A stretch of 64,000 nt of DNA from positions 128,001 through 192,000 of the forward strand of contig CAXXSL010000016.1 in the NCBI GenBank assembly GCA_963675525.2. The letters are read 5' to 3'. The position numbers were made by a program, and so were the translations under genes. The DNA is from Anaerohalosphaeraceae bacterium (GTDB lineage: Bacteria; Planctomycetota; Phycisphaerae; Sedimentisphaerales; Anaerohalosphaeraceae). Under the pieces are notes generated by a model that had not been told where the DNA came from, searched no databases, and was given only the letters and a program-made list of their open reading frames with translations. This document shows positions 41,846 through 50,973 of this stretch, piece by piece; positions within the stretch are counted from its first letter, which is position 1; each line of letters begins with the position of its first letter.

Positions 41846-42625
41846 ATGATTCGAGTGGAAAATGTCTGGCATCATTACGGTATTCGCCCAATTCTGAAAA
41901 ATGTCTCGTTGCAGGTAGAGGAAGGCCAACTGGTCGCATTAATGGGTCCCAACGGTATGGGCAAAAGCACCCTGCTGGCCCTCATCGGCGGACTGCTTTC
42001 CCCGCTCAAAGGCCATGTCGAAATTAACGGCCTCAAACGCCGCAGCAGCATCGACGCCGAAAAAGCCATCCGAAAAAAGATGGTCTATCTACCCGACCGC
42101 CCTTACCTGCCGCCGGATGTAACCGGCCGGGAATACGTACTGGCAATTGGTCGCCTGTATGACGTGGAAGAACAACGTCTGATGGAGCAGACAGATAAAC
42201 TGTTATCCATTTTCGACCTCGACAAAAACGCCGATTCAACCATCCAGTCATACTCCACAGGCCAGCAGAAAAAAATCGGCATCTGTGCCGCATTGGCGAC
42301 GGAAGCCCCAATTCTCATACTGGACGAACCATTCTCCGGCGGACTGGATTCTTCGGCACTACTGGCACTGAGTAAAATCCTGAAAAAACTGGCCCAACGA
42401 AAAGACGTCACCGTCGTCATGGCCGTCCCCGTACCCGAACTGGTCGAACCGCTGGCCCACAAAATCGCCGTCATCGCCGACGGACAAATTCTCGCCTGTG
42501 ACAACGCCGACGGCCTGCGAAAAAAAACCGACTGCACCGGAAACCTGCTCGAAGTCCTCGAAGCACTCATTCATCCAAAATCAAATAAAGATATCGAGGA
42601 CTACCTGGAAAGGAAACGATCGTGA
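41846..42625 (+). CDS. ABC transporter ATP-binding protein
   Basis: GPNGMGKS, YSTGQ, ILDEP. Confidence 0.9.
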   Translation: MIRVENVWHHYGIRPILKNVSLQVEEGQLVALMGPNGMGKSTLLALIGGLLSPLKGHVEINGLKRRSSIDAEKAIRKKMVYLPDRPYLPPDVTGREYVLAIGRLYDVEEQRLMEQTDKLLSIFDLDKNADSTIQSYSTGQQKKIGICAALATEAPILILDEPFSGGLDSSALLALSKILKKLAQRKDVTVVMAVPVPELVEPLAHKIAVIADGQILACDNADGLRKKTDCTGNLLEVLEALIHPKSNKDIEDYLERKRS

Positions 42626-43758
42626 AAAGAATATTCAGTAAAACTTTTTTTCGTGTTTGCCCAATAGGTTATATTTATATTCTCATTCCCTATTTAGCTA
42701 TTATATATGGTCTACAGAAAATATTCCCCTTTCCCGAAGTGCGAGAGGCAATCAAATATCCCAATACAATCTGCTTCAGCTTTTTATTGGGTTTTTATGG
42801 CTTTTGGCGTGTTCTCCGTTTTCATCCATTTTTTAAAAGATACTTAATGCAGTTAACGCTGTCACCTTGGCAAGCGGGAAAACCATTGCCCTATGGACCT
42901 GTACATCTATGCTGGATTGATGCAATTGTTCTTACACTTTTTATACTTCTGGAAATTTTATGCCCTGTGCTTCATTGGACACTTCCTTTGATCGCGTTCT
43001 TTGCAGGCTATAACCTTGGGTTGTTTTTCTCGCTCTTTATGACCAAACAGGTCAACCATATTTTGCTCTATCTCCTGTTCGCGCCTTTCTTCATATATCT
43101 TTATTCAAACATCAATATAACATTGGCCTGTTTAGTGGGTTTAACATTTTTCAGCCAGTGGACAATGTACCGTTATTTCAAACAATTCCCATGGAACACA
43201 CCTTGGTGGACGGAAAATCCCATCGAAAAATTCAAAAAAGAAGCTTTACGTCGTCGTGTCATTCGCTGGCCATTCAGAGAACTGTGCAACACAAAGGCCG
43301 AGTCTAACACGCTAACTCAACATGTTGTAACTGTAATTTTTGTTTTTTGGTGGACACATACAATCAGCTGGTTTTTCATTCATTCAGACCCTGAGATTAC
43401 TCCGGAAATTATTGCACCATATTACATAATAGCGTTTATCGGAATTCCATTCATTCGTCTTGTAGCCTACTTGGTTTATCGCCCGCCAATTAGTTTATTC
43501 GGAAGGTTTGCAACAGGCCAGCTGATTGTCCCCGGCTATGATAAGATTTTTATTGCACCGATTATCTTGATTTTAGTCGGTATTTTTGTGCCCGGACTAT
43601 TCAGTAGACTCGGAATCCCTGAACTTATCGCCTGCGAATTAAATTTGAGTCTGCTTCTGTTCCTGGCGATACAACTGCCACCATCATATGAAAAATGGCA
43701 TTACACAGGCCAGTATCACATTATAAATCCACAGCGTCGAACACAGCGAAACAGATAA
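42622..43758 (+). CDS. Polytopic membrane protein, probable ABC permease
   Basis: About 9-10 TM segments; 4-bp overlap with the ATPase; AT-rich. Confidence 0.7.
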   Translation: MKRIFSKTFFRVCPIGYIYILIPYLAIIYGLQKIFPFPEVREAIKYPNTICFSFLLGFYGFWRVLRFHPFFKRYLMQLTLSPWQAGKPLPYGPVHLCWIDAIVLTLFILLEILCPVLHWTLPLIAFFAGYNLGLFFSLFMTKQVNHILLYLLFAPFFIYLYSNINITLACLVGLTFFSQWTMYRYFKQFPWNTPWWTENPIEKFKKEALRRRVIRWPFRELCNTKAESNTLTQHVVTVIFVFWWTHTISWFFIHSDPEITPEIIAPYYIIAFIGIPFIRLVAYLVYRPPISLFGRFATGQLIVPGYDKIFIAPIILILVGIFVPGLFSRLGIPELIACELNLSLLLFLAIQLPPSYEKWHYTGQYHIINPQRRTQRNR

Positions 43759-43853
43759 AATAAAGAGGATAATGTCTAAAAAAACTCATGGCCTCCATAT
43801 TTTTGTGGTTAAATCAAATCCCATAAATCTGCGGAATCTGTGGATAAAATTAT

Positions 43854-43913
43854 TTGACATTTATCTAACTTATGGTATAATACCGGCTAGATTGAAAATA
43901 TGATCTTTGACAA
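43854..43913 (+). promoter_or_regulatory. Consensus sigma70 promoter plus boxA-like element
   Basis: TTGACA(43854)-N16-TATAAT(43876) with TGn extension; GATCTTTGACAA at 43902-43913. Confidence 0.65.
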
Positions 43914-43962
43914 TCAGAAGGAGCAAACAAAAGCCCGAAGCGCCAGCGCAGGGGACAACCAC

Positions 43963-44114
43963 ATTCTTGAGTCCATGTGTTCTTATGTTCTTGAGTTCGT
44001 GTATTCTTGGAACATACTGGCGCAAAATGGCGTCGTTTTGGCAAACTTTGGCGCATTTGTGGCACACTTTGGCGCCGTTTGGGCGCACTTTGGCGCATCT
44101 TTGGACACGTTTGG
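43963..44114. repeat. Degenerate tandem repeats: six 8-mers, then nine alternating 10/11-mers
   Basis: RTTCTTGA-like x6 (43963-44010); TGGCNCANTT(T)-like x9 (44018-44111). Confidence 0.85.
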
Positions 44115-44165
44115 TATCAGGAATATCACAAAAAACCTTGTTTCGAGGCAGAAAACGAACAATTT

Positions 44166-44225
44166 GGGTACGCGACCGTCCCGGTCGCTCTTTTTTATCG
44201 TTGCGGGCCAGACGCCCGCGTTCCC
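44166..44225. repeat. REP-like doublet; first hairpin is followed by a T tract
   Basis: GCGACCG-TCC-CGGTCGC-TCTTTTTT and GCGGGC-CAGAC-GCCCGC. Confidence 0.6.
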
Positions 44226-44227
44226 GG

Positions 44228-44578
44228 TTACTTTTGATATTCAATCGGGACCAGGCACATGAACCGTGCACCTTGCGTATTGGAGCGGTTTTTGAATTGG
44301 TGTTTTTCATTGGGGGCGATCAGCAGCACATCGCCTTTGTCCAGTGGTTTGTCGCCGTGTTCAGTCACAGCCGCGATGTCGCCGTCCAGTATAACCGCTT
44401 CATGTTCAAACGGGTGTGTATGAAACGGCGTATGTCCGCCGGGCGCTAATTCGAAAACGCGCATCGCAAACGTCGGGGCGTTATCCGCCGGACCCAATAC
44501 CACGCGAACTTTCACGTCTTTGGCCCCTTCCATATTGACATCCTGTAATGCAACGTCGTTTATTTTTTTGATAATCAT
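44228..44578 (-). CDS. Cupin domain protein
   Basis: FAMRVFELAPGGHTPFHTHPFEHE, NEKHQF. Confidence 0.9.
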   Translation of the reverse strand: MIIKKINDVALQDVNMEGAKDVKVRVVLGPADNAPTFAMRVFELAPGGHTPFHTHPFEHEAVILDGDIAAVTEHGDKPLDKGDVLLIAPNEKHQFKNRSNTQGARFMCLVPIEYQK

Positions 44579-44596
44579 AAATGATTCCTTTCAGGA

Positions 44597-44722
44597 AAAA
44601 TCCTAAGCACTAAATTCTAAACTCTAAACAAATCTAAAATATCAAATCGAAATAACCAAATCATACGACTATTTTATACCCCCTCCCCCCTTCGGGGTAC
44701 TCCCCCTCGAAAAGGGGGAGAG
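44597..44722. repeat. Degenerate 7-mer tandem repeat plus palindromic element
   Basis: TAAGCAC-TAAATTC-TAAACTC-TAAACAA...; CTCCCCCT-CGAAA-AGGGGGAG. Confidence 0.6.
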
Positions 44723-44731
44723 ATTTTGTTT

Positions 44732-46963
44732 TTAAACCTTTGGCAGCGTCACCGTTACCGTTGTTCCCTTTTCCGGCTCGCTGGCTAATTTAAGCGTTCC
44801 GCCGTTGAGCAGCAGCAGCCGCTGTGCCTGTGCCAATCCCATGCCGCGACGGCGGCCCGCCGGACGGAACGAAAAGAACGGCTGGGCGGCTTTCTCTAAT
44901 GTTTCGCTGTCCATGCCGCAACCGGTGTCACGGATCACAAGCACCAACCCGTTATCTTCGGCCCAGGAACACGTGATCCAGACCGGACCGTTTTCACCCT
45001 TATACGACTGCAAGGCGTTTGTCAAAATAGCCGACAGCGCCTGCGTGGCGTGGTGAATATCCACATAGACATCACCGCAATCGTCAGCGCCGGCAATCTC
45101 AGCTTCCACCGACTTGACACCACACGTTTTGCATGTCTTATCGATCGCCTTTTGAATCAGTTCGCCAACTGAAACGGCCTGCTTGTCCGGTTTATTCGGA
45201 CGCGCAAATGTCATCAGGTCGTTGACGATCTGGTACATTTCTTCGGTGCGCTGCTGAATTTGCAGAAGCATCTGCTTTTTGGTTTCATCCTGTTCTCCAT
45301 CCACTAAAAGCTGCGCCCGGCCGGATATCACCGCCAGCGGATTATTCAATTCATGGGCCGCCCCCGCCGCCATTTCCGCCAGACCGGCCAGCGATTGCCG
45401 TCGGGCCAATTCGGTGCGCGCCTGACGAAGCGTACCCGTCAGACCGACAAACCGCTCGGCCAACTCCTGATGCTTTTGTCCGGCCAATGCCATCGCGATC
45501 GCCGCCGCCGCAACCTGACAAGCCGGCAATTTCTGATCGGCACTTAATAACTCATCGGACTTGCAAAACATCTCAAAAAACAGAACTCCGACTTCTTTAT
45601 CGCCCATGTGCAAACAGGTCATCACCATCATATCGGGATTGAAATCGCAGCTTAATTGTTCGGCGATCCATTTGGCTCCGTCGGCCAGCGCTAAAATACC
45701 ACGGTTTGTTCGAAACACCGACGGCACCGGGGGTATTTTGTCGGGCATGCCAATCGATTTGATATCCAGCTTGCCCTGCCGGTCGGCAACAGCCAGCTCC
45801 ACATACGGCTCCGTCGAATCCGGTACGACATAAAGTCCTGTCAGACCGGTCCGCATCTGCTTTTGCCAGCCGATGACAAAACTCTCCGCCAGATCAAGCG
45901 CCGAGGCATTTTCATCCAGGCCGGCCAGAAAACCCTCGATCAAGGCTATTTGCACACTCAACTGAGCGGTGTCTCCCGACGATTGACTCAGCTTGCGATT
46001 ATCCTGGGCCAGTTCGGCTGCCGTTTGCCGGATCATCGTATAATAGCCCGCCGTTACCGCGGCATCATCCAACCCCAGCACAGTACTTTTTTCGCGAACC
46101 CTCTGCGGCAAGTCCTCGGCTACGGCTTCAAGCTGCTCGGGTGTGACCGGAAGCAATCGGGCAATCTGGTCGATCTGCTCCGGAGTATCACAACTGCCGC
46201 TTTTGCCGATGCCCGCCCGGCGTGCCATGCGGTCCGCCACAGCCACAATACGGGCGATCTGTACATCCGGAAGCTGGGCCGTCAGGGTCTGGCTGTCACA
46301 GTGATGCAGCCAGATGGCCGAAATGATCGCCTCGGGCAACTGCCATTTCTGCGCCAGTCGTTTACCCAAAACCGTATGATCCAGTCCCAGGTGTTTTTGC
46401 TCCACCTCAACCAGGCTCAAGCCAGAGGCGTGCGCCTCCTCGACCATCCGCTCAAAACCTTTCGGCATGACTTCATCCAGGGCGCATTTTCCGATATCAT
46501 GAAGCAATCCGGCCAGATACGCGGTTTGACGCTGTTCCTGAGGTAATACCAGCTCGGCCAATTGCCCGGCACAACAGGCCACGGCTAATGAATGCAGGGC
46601 CATTTGACGTCGCGGAAGTACTCGGCCGGCATCCAGATCTTCACGCAGATCGAGTACTTCAAAAACTTTCAGGGAAATAACCGCCTCACGCATCAGGGCC
46701 AGCGGCAGTTTGGCAACCGCTTCAGCTACCGTGGCTTCATGGGCAAAAACAATCTGTTCCTGGCGGGCCAGCATCAGTATTTTCGCGGTTAACGCCGGAT
46801 CCGATTGAACATGTTCAGAAAATCGTACCGCATCAAACGTTGCCTCTGACATCTCAGACAGCAGGTTCGCCGCAACAGCGGGTAATGTGGAAAGACTTGT
46901 CAGTTGCCGAACAATGCGCTCCACCTGGCGTGCGACGATCTGTTGGTTCTTAGCCTGGGACAT
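44732..46963 (-). CDS. HDOD-domain sensor histidine kinase
   Basis: LSTLP, DPALTAKIL, GLLHDIGK (HDOD); AHELNNPL, DTGCGM, GMGLA (kinase). Confidence 0.9.
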   Translation of the reverse strand: MSQAKNQQIVARQVERIVRQLTSLSTLPAVAANLLSEMSEATFDAVRFSEHVQSDPALTAKILMLARQEQIVFAHEATVAEAVAKLPLALMREAVISLKVFEVLDLREDLDAGRVLPRRQMALHSLAVACCAGQLAELVLPQEQRQTAYLAGLLHDIGKCALDEVMPKGFERMVEEAHASGLSLVEVEQKHLGLDHTVLGKRLAQKWQLPEAIISAIWLHHCDSQTLTAQLPDVQIARIVAVADRMARRAGIGKSGSCDTPEQIDQIARLLPVTPEQLEAVAEDLPQRVREKSTVLGLDDAAVTAGYYTMIRQTAAELAQDNRKLSQSSGDTAQLSVQIALIEGFLAGLDENASALDLAESFVIGWQKQMRTGLTGLYVVPDSTEPYVELAVADRQGKLDIKSIGMPDKIPPVPSVFRTNRGILALADGAKWIAEQLSCDFNPDMMVMTCLHMGDKEVGVLFFEMFCKSDELLSADQKLPACQVAAAAIAMALAGQKHQELAERFVGLTGTLRQARTELARRQSLAGLAEMAAGAAHELNNPLAVISGRAQLLVDGEQDETKKQMLLQIQQRTEEMYQIVNDLMTFARPNKPDKQAVSVGELIQKAIDKTCKTCGVKSVEAEIAGADDCGDVYVDIHHATQALSAILTNALQSYKGENGPVWITCSWAEDNGLVLVIRDTGCGMDSETLEKAAQPFFSFRPAGRRRGMGLAQAQRLLLLNGGTLKLASEPEKGTTVTVTLPKV

Positions 46964-47013
46964 TCTGATTATCCTTTGATTCGTTCATCTCGTGTTCGTC
47001 ATCTCAATAGCAT

Positions 47014-47610
47014 TCAGGATCGGACTGTCTCCGCTTCGACCGTCTGGAGAATTTTTTCGACCAATTCGGCAATATTGAAGGGTTTACGCATAAACTCCGC
47101 CGCCCCGGCATTAAGCAGGCTCTGGATTTCCTCCTGGTTGACAACGCCGCTGACAATAATGATCTTGACATTGGAAAATTCCGGATTGCGTTTGATGGTC
47201 TGGCAAACGATATTGCCATTAACGTCCGGCAGCATATAGTCCAAAATCATCACATCCGGCATAAACTGCTGGGTCAGGAGACCGGCATCATAACCGCTGG
47301 AGGCCGTGCGAATTTCAAACCGGCCGTCACGCGTCAGCACATCGACCATCAATTCGACGATTTCCGCATCATCATCCACAATCAGAACTTTGATCCGCCC
47401 GCCGTGAGCCATTTCCAGATGATCCAGCGGAATCCCGTTTTCTTTCATGAATTTGACCAGATTATCGCGCGGAATACGCCGAAAACGTGACCCGGGAATA
47501 CGAAATCCATCCAATTTCCCCGAATCAAAGCATCGAATGATGGTTTGCTGGCTGATATTGCAGATTTCGGCCGCCTCACCTGTCGTAAAAAGATTTTTCA
47601 TCTTATCCAT
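47014..47610 (-). CDS. Response regulator with N-terminal excisionase-like HTH
   Basis: FTTGEAAEIC..SQQTIIRCFD; VDDD, LDYMLP, RKPF. Confidence 0.9.
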   Translation of the reverse strand: MDKMKNLFTTGEAAEICNISQQTIIRCFDSGKLDGFRIPGSRFRRIPRDNLVKFMKENGIPLDHLEMAHGGRIKVLIVDDDAEIVELMVDVLTRDGRFEIRTASSGYDAGLLTQQFMPDVMILDYMLPDVNGNIVCQTIKRNPEFSNVKIIIVSGVVNQEEIQSLLNAGAAEFMRKPFNIAELVEKILQTVEAETVRS

Positions 47611-47788
47611 TTTATGCCTCTTGCATTTAAAGAGAGTTCGGTTCCTTCCCAGCCTACGCTTCTTGTCTAAATTAACTATCGACAAGAAGAATTGTCAAGC
47701 ATTAAAAATTCTGATTTTTCAGTGCTGAAAACGAGGAATTTATACGCCTGTGGTGAAGATCCTGCCAAAATAACAGAAAAAAGGGGAT

Positions 47789-48247
47789 TTAATTCTCGCT
47801 CAGGCGGATACGGTTATACTCTTTGGCGAAAAATTCCTTGTGTTTTTTTTCCTGTTTGGCCAACGCCTTCAATAACTGCTGGACGGGGTCGGACTGGATC
47901 ATGTTAGAGAGAATCGTATACAGCATTTGTGAGGCATTTTCCTTGTCATAGGCCACCTTGACGGCTTTTTTATAATCCAGTTCGTCCGGCACCTGCATCG
48001 CCTGAATATACGACTGAATCTCGTCGGAGTCTACCAAACCCAGTAAATGCGCACCGCTGTCTTCAAGCAAGCCGCGCAACTGTTCTTCATGCAGCGCTTC
48101 CTGTTGTGCCATCTCAAAAAGAAACGATCGAACACCGGAATCACTGACCTCCTCGGCAAGTTCCTGGTAAAATTCCTGAGAGAGATGCTCCAGCGACACT
48201 GCAAAACTCAACACATCCCGTACGGTCTGAAATTCCAATCGACTCAC
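47789..48247 (-). CDS. Ferritin-like (rubrerythrin-domain) protein
   Basis: E..S..FY, QEALH, KE, QEKKH. Confidence 0.82.
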   Translation of the reverse strand: MSRLEFQTVRDVLSFAVSLEHLSQEFYQELAEEVSDSGVRSFLFEMAQQEALHEEQLRGLLEDSGAHLLGLVDSDEIQSYIQAMQVPDELDYKKAVKVAYDKENASQMLYTILSNMIQSDPVQQLLKALAKQEKKHKEFFAKEYNRIRLSEN

Positions 48248-48702
48248 TCCTTGTGATGTAATACCATATCGTATTCACGTTCAAACTTAATTACGTGTCG
48301 CATTTCTTCTTCGGCTAACTGCAAAAGTACATCGCGAAACTTTATATCGGTGGTCATCCCGATTAATTGGGTATATAGCTGAAAAGCCGCTCGTTCTTTC
48401 TGGATCGCCACCATCAGCGCATCGCTATAATTCATGTTCTTCGCCTGTTCGTCCAGCTCAATCTGCTCCTGCCATTCATAGTCCAACTCTTTGCCGCTGA
48501 CCGATGACAACGTATAACCCTGCTTGACAATTTCCAATTCCAGTGCCTCAGTATGCTTCTTTTCCTGCTGGGCGATGGCCCGGAAAACAGACTGTGTAAC
48601 AGAATCTTTCATCTGATCGGCCAAATTCAGGTAAAATAGCTCAGAGGCACGCTCCTTGGAAATCGCAAAGTTCAAGATATCCATGATCGATTCATATTCC
48701 AT
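48244..48702 (-). CDS. Ferritin-like (rubrerythrin-domain) protein
   Basis: AISKE..S..FY, QEKKH, QKE, EEMRH. Confidence 0.82.
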   Translation of the reverse strand: MEYESIMDILNFAISKERASELFYLNLADQMKDSVTQSVFRAIAQQEKKHTEALELEIVKQGYTLSSVSGKELDYEWQEQIELDEQAKNMNYSDALMVAIQKERAAFQLYTQLIGMTTDIKFRDVLLQLAEEEMRHVIKFEREYDMVLHHKE

Positions 48703-48744
48703 GATCTCTCCTTTTTTATGTTGACCGGACTACTGGCGGCGACC

Positions 48745-49293
48745 TTATTGATCACTTTCTTTCAGCAACCGCCGCCACGTTTGAATGTGCCCGTTTTCAT
48801 CGGACTGATCTTTTTTGATGATCGCCCGCGTGGTCTCATCCCACGGTGCCGCCCCCAGTAATTCGGCATAATGAGTCACCGCCTTGCTCTCAACCCAGAT
48901 CCCGGTCTTCAAGACCGCTTTTCGGCCGAGGATACGCGATCCGAAGCCGAACACAAAACCGACGATCCAGTACGCCCACCGGAACAGGCCGGGTGTCATT
49001 CCGTACTCGTAGAGTTTGACCTGAAAATCCTGCACATGGGTCATTTCATTGCACATCGCCGCGGTCAGTTCACGGTTCAGTTCATTGGTTTCGGCGGTGA
49101 TTTGGAACCGGTAAATGTTAACGGCCATGATCTCAAGGGTATGGAAGGCTCTCAGCGCGTTGCGGATCTTTCTGCGATCCGATGCTTCCATTGACCGTCC
49201 GCGTAACTCGACAGCATCGCTTCGCATTTCCGGACGCAGCAGATAAGTCCCACCGGCCTTCTCAACAGATTGTTGTGAACCCTCAACCATCAT
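48745..49293 (-). CDS. COQ7-like di-iron ferritin-fold protein
   Basis: LEIMAVNIY, NEMTH, VESKAVTHY, DENGH. Confidence 0.78.
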   Translation of the reverse strand: MMVEGSQQSVEKAGGTYLLRPEMRSDAVELRGRSMEASDRRKIRNALRAFHTLEIMAVNIYRFQITAETNELNRELTAAMCNEMTHVQDFQVKLYEYGMTPGLFRWAYWIVGFVFGFGSRILGRKAVLKTGIWVESKAVTHYAELLGAAPWDETTRAIIKKDQSDENGHIQTWRRLLKESDQ

Positions 49294-49444
49294 ATTCTAT
49301 TTTCTTACAAAATCCCGTTTTTGTCAAAGAAATTTGATGAACCCGGATTATTTTTCACCGTAATCCAAGTTATATGCGATTGACATGAACGGCACCTTCT
49401 TATATTAAAAGAAGTGTTAATAACTTTAGAAAAAGGAATTGATT

Positions 49445-49837
49445 ATGGATCTGGCCGCATATTTCAGGAAAAATGAGGGGGTGGGCGTTCTGGGAACCTC
49501 AAATCCCGATGACAAAGTCGATTTGGCGCTCTATTCGAAGCCTGTTGTCATCGATGAATCCACCATTGCCCTGGTGATGAAGCAGCGGCTCAGTCATCAG
49601 AATCTCAAGGGCAACCTCCAAGCGGCTTACCTTTTCCTTCAAAAAGGCCCCGGCTACCAGGGACTTCGGCTCAATCTGACCATGCTCCGTGAAGAAACGA
49701 ATCAATCCCTGATCGAAACCATGCGAAAAAAACAACCCTGCATGTACCCCGAAGAAGACGATTCCGGAAAATTCCTTGTGATTTTTACCGTGGACCGCAT
49801 CCGGCCGCTGGTCGGCGACGAACCGGTCACGGCCTGA
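49445..49837 (+). CDS. Pyridoxamine 5'-phosphate oxidase-like protein (paralog of 38090-38473)
   Basis: DESTIA, KGPGYQG, IRPLVGD shared with the paralog. Confidence 0.8.
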   Translation: MDLAAYFRKNEGVGVLGTSNPDDKVDLALYSKPVVIDESTIALVMKQRLSHQNLKGNLQAAYLFLQKGPGYQGLRLNLTMLREETNQSLIETMRKKQPCMYPEEDDSGKFLVIFTVDRIRPLVGDEPVTA

Positions 49838-49919
49838 CTCCGCGATTGAACAAATCAACCTTGTTATCGTATCAACCAAAAGATAGATTATCATCCGATT
49901 CCATAAAAGGAATGTCCCG

Positions 49920-50162
49920 ATGACATGGTTTGAAATGCAGCAAATTGCTCAATATATCGAGGATCTTGAAGCGGCTTTAGACGAGTGGATACTGGATCCC
50001 GTGGGAATGCGCGCCGAATTCGCGAAGTTAAACCGTTTGACCCAAAAGCTGAGGCACGAAATCGGTGTTTGTCCGGGCTCTGCAAAAGAAACCCTTTACC
50101 GACAGCTTTCAGGCCGGCTGCTTCAATCCCAAAATACTCTTTTTGAGCGATTAAGAGGTTAA
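49920..50162 (+). CDS. Hypothetical protein
   Basis: 80 aa helical ORF with AAGGA RBS. Confidence 0.5.
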   Translation: MTWFEMQQIAQYIEDLEAALDEWILDPVGMRAEFAKLNRLTQKLRHEIGVCPGSAKETLYRQLSGRLLQSQNTLFERLRG

Positions 50163-50270
50163 AAACCATGCTATTTTGTCGATAGATTCCGCTTTCCACA
50201 CTGTCTGTTTTTTGCTACACTACGGCTACACTACGGTTTTTCTCAGCAAACGTGTACCGGGAGACGATAG

Positions 50271-50906
50271 ATGAAAATAGACACAATTATACTGGGTGAT
50301 TACGAAACAAACTGCTACTGCGTTCGTGAACGCAATGACCAGAAAGAATGTTCGATCATCGACCCGGGACTGAACCCTGAATCGCTGATACGCTTTTTAA
50401 AGGTCCATGAACTGCAACCTGTCGAAATCGTTCTCACACATGGCCATGTCGACCACATTGCAGGAGTTGAAAGCCTTCGCGAGTATTGGCCCGAGGTCAA
50501 GGTCGTCATCCATGAAAATGACGCTGAGATGCTCACGAATCCGGCCATGAATTTGTCCATCATGGCGGGGACAATGGTCCAGGCACGTCCGGCCGAAGTT
50601 CGACTGACAGACGAAGACCAATATTATCAGATGATCGGCATCCGCTTTCAATTGTTTCACACTCCCGGCCATACCCCCGGCGGAATTTGCCTCTACTCAG
50701 CCAAAGACCAGGTTGTTTTTGTCGGTGATACACTGTTCGCCGGATCGATCGGGCGAACGGATTTCCCCACCGGTAACCATCAGGCCCTGATCAAAGCGAT
50801 CAAAACCAAACTGCTGCATCTGCCCGTACAGACCGCCGTCTATCCGGGACACGGCCCACAAACAACAATCGGTCAGGAAAAGAAGTTCAACCCATTTCTA
50901 ACATAA
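50271..50906 (+). CDS. MBL-fold metallo-hydrolase (YcbL-like)
   Basis: THGHVDH, TPGHTPG, GDTLFAGSIGRTD, PGHG. Confidence 0.92.
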   Translation: MKIDTIILGDYETNCYCVRERNDQKECSIIDPGLNPESLIRFLKVHELQPVEIVLTHGHVDHIAGVESLREYWPEVKVVIHENDAEMLTNPAMNLSIMAGTMVQARPAEVRLTDEDQYYQMIGIRFQLFHTPGHTPGGICLYSAKDQVVFVGDTLFAGSIGRTDFPTGNHQALIKAIKTKLLHLPVQTAVYPGHGPQTTIGQEKKFNPFLT

Positions 50907-50952
50907 AAAAAGCGACGGGCGGATCACACGGTCCACCCGTCGTTGCTGTTTT
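50905..50952. terminator. Bidirectional terminator
   Basis: GCGACGGGCGGATC...GGTCCACCCGTCGT flanked by A and T runs. Confidence 0.6.
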
Positions 50953-50973
50953 TAAGCCTTGTCTTTTCAGCGT

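Noticed and set aside
44018..44111. sigma54 promoters suggested by TGGCAC/TGGCGC
   Set aside because: No correctly spaced TTGC -12 element; the motif is part of the tandem repeat.
43963..44114. Possible CRISPR array
   Set aside because: Units are 8-11 bp, degenerate and lack unique spacers; no cas genes.
43865..44449. Overlapping ORFs across the repeat tract
   Set aside because: No RBS or family motifs; open frames are explained by low-complexity repeats. Not fully excluded.
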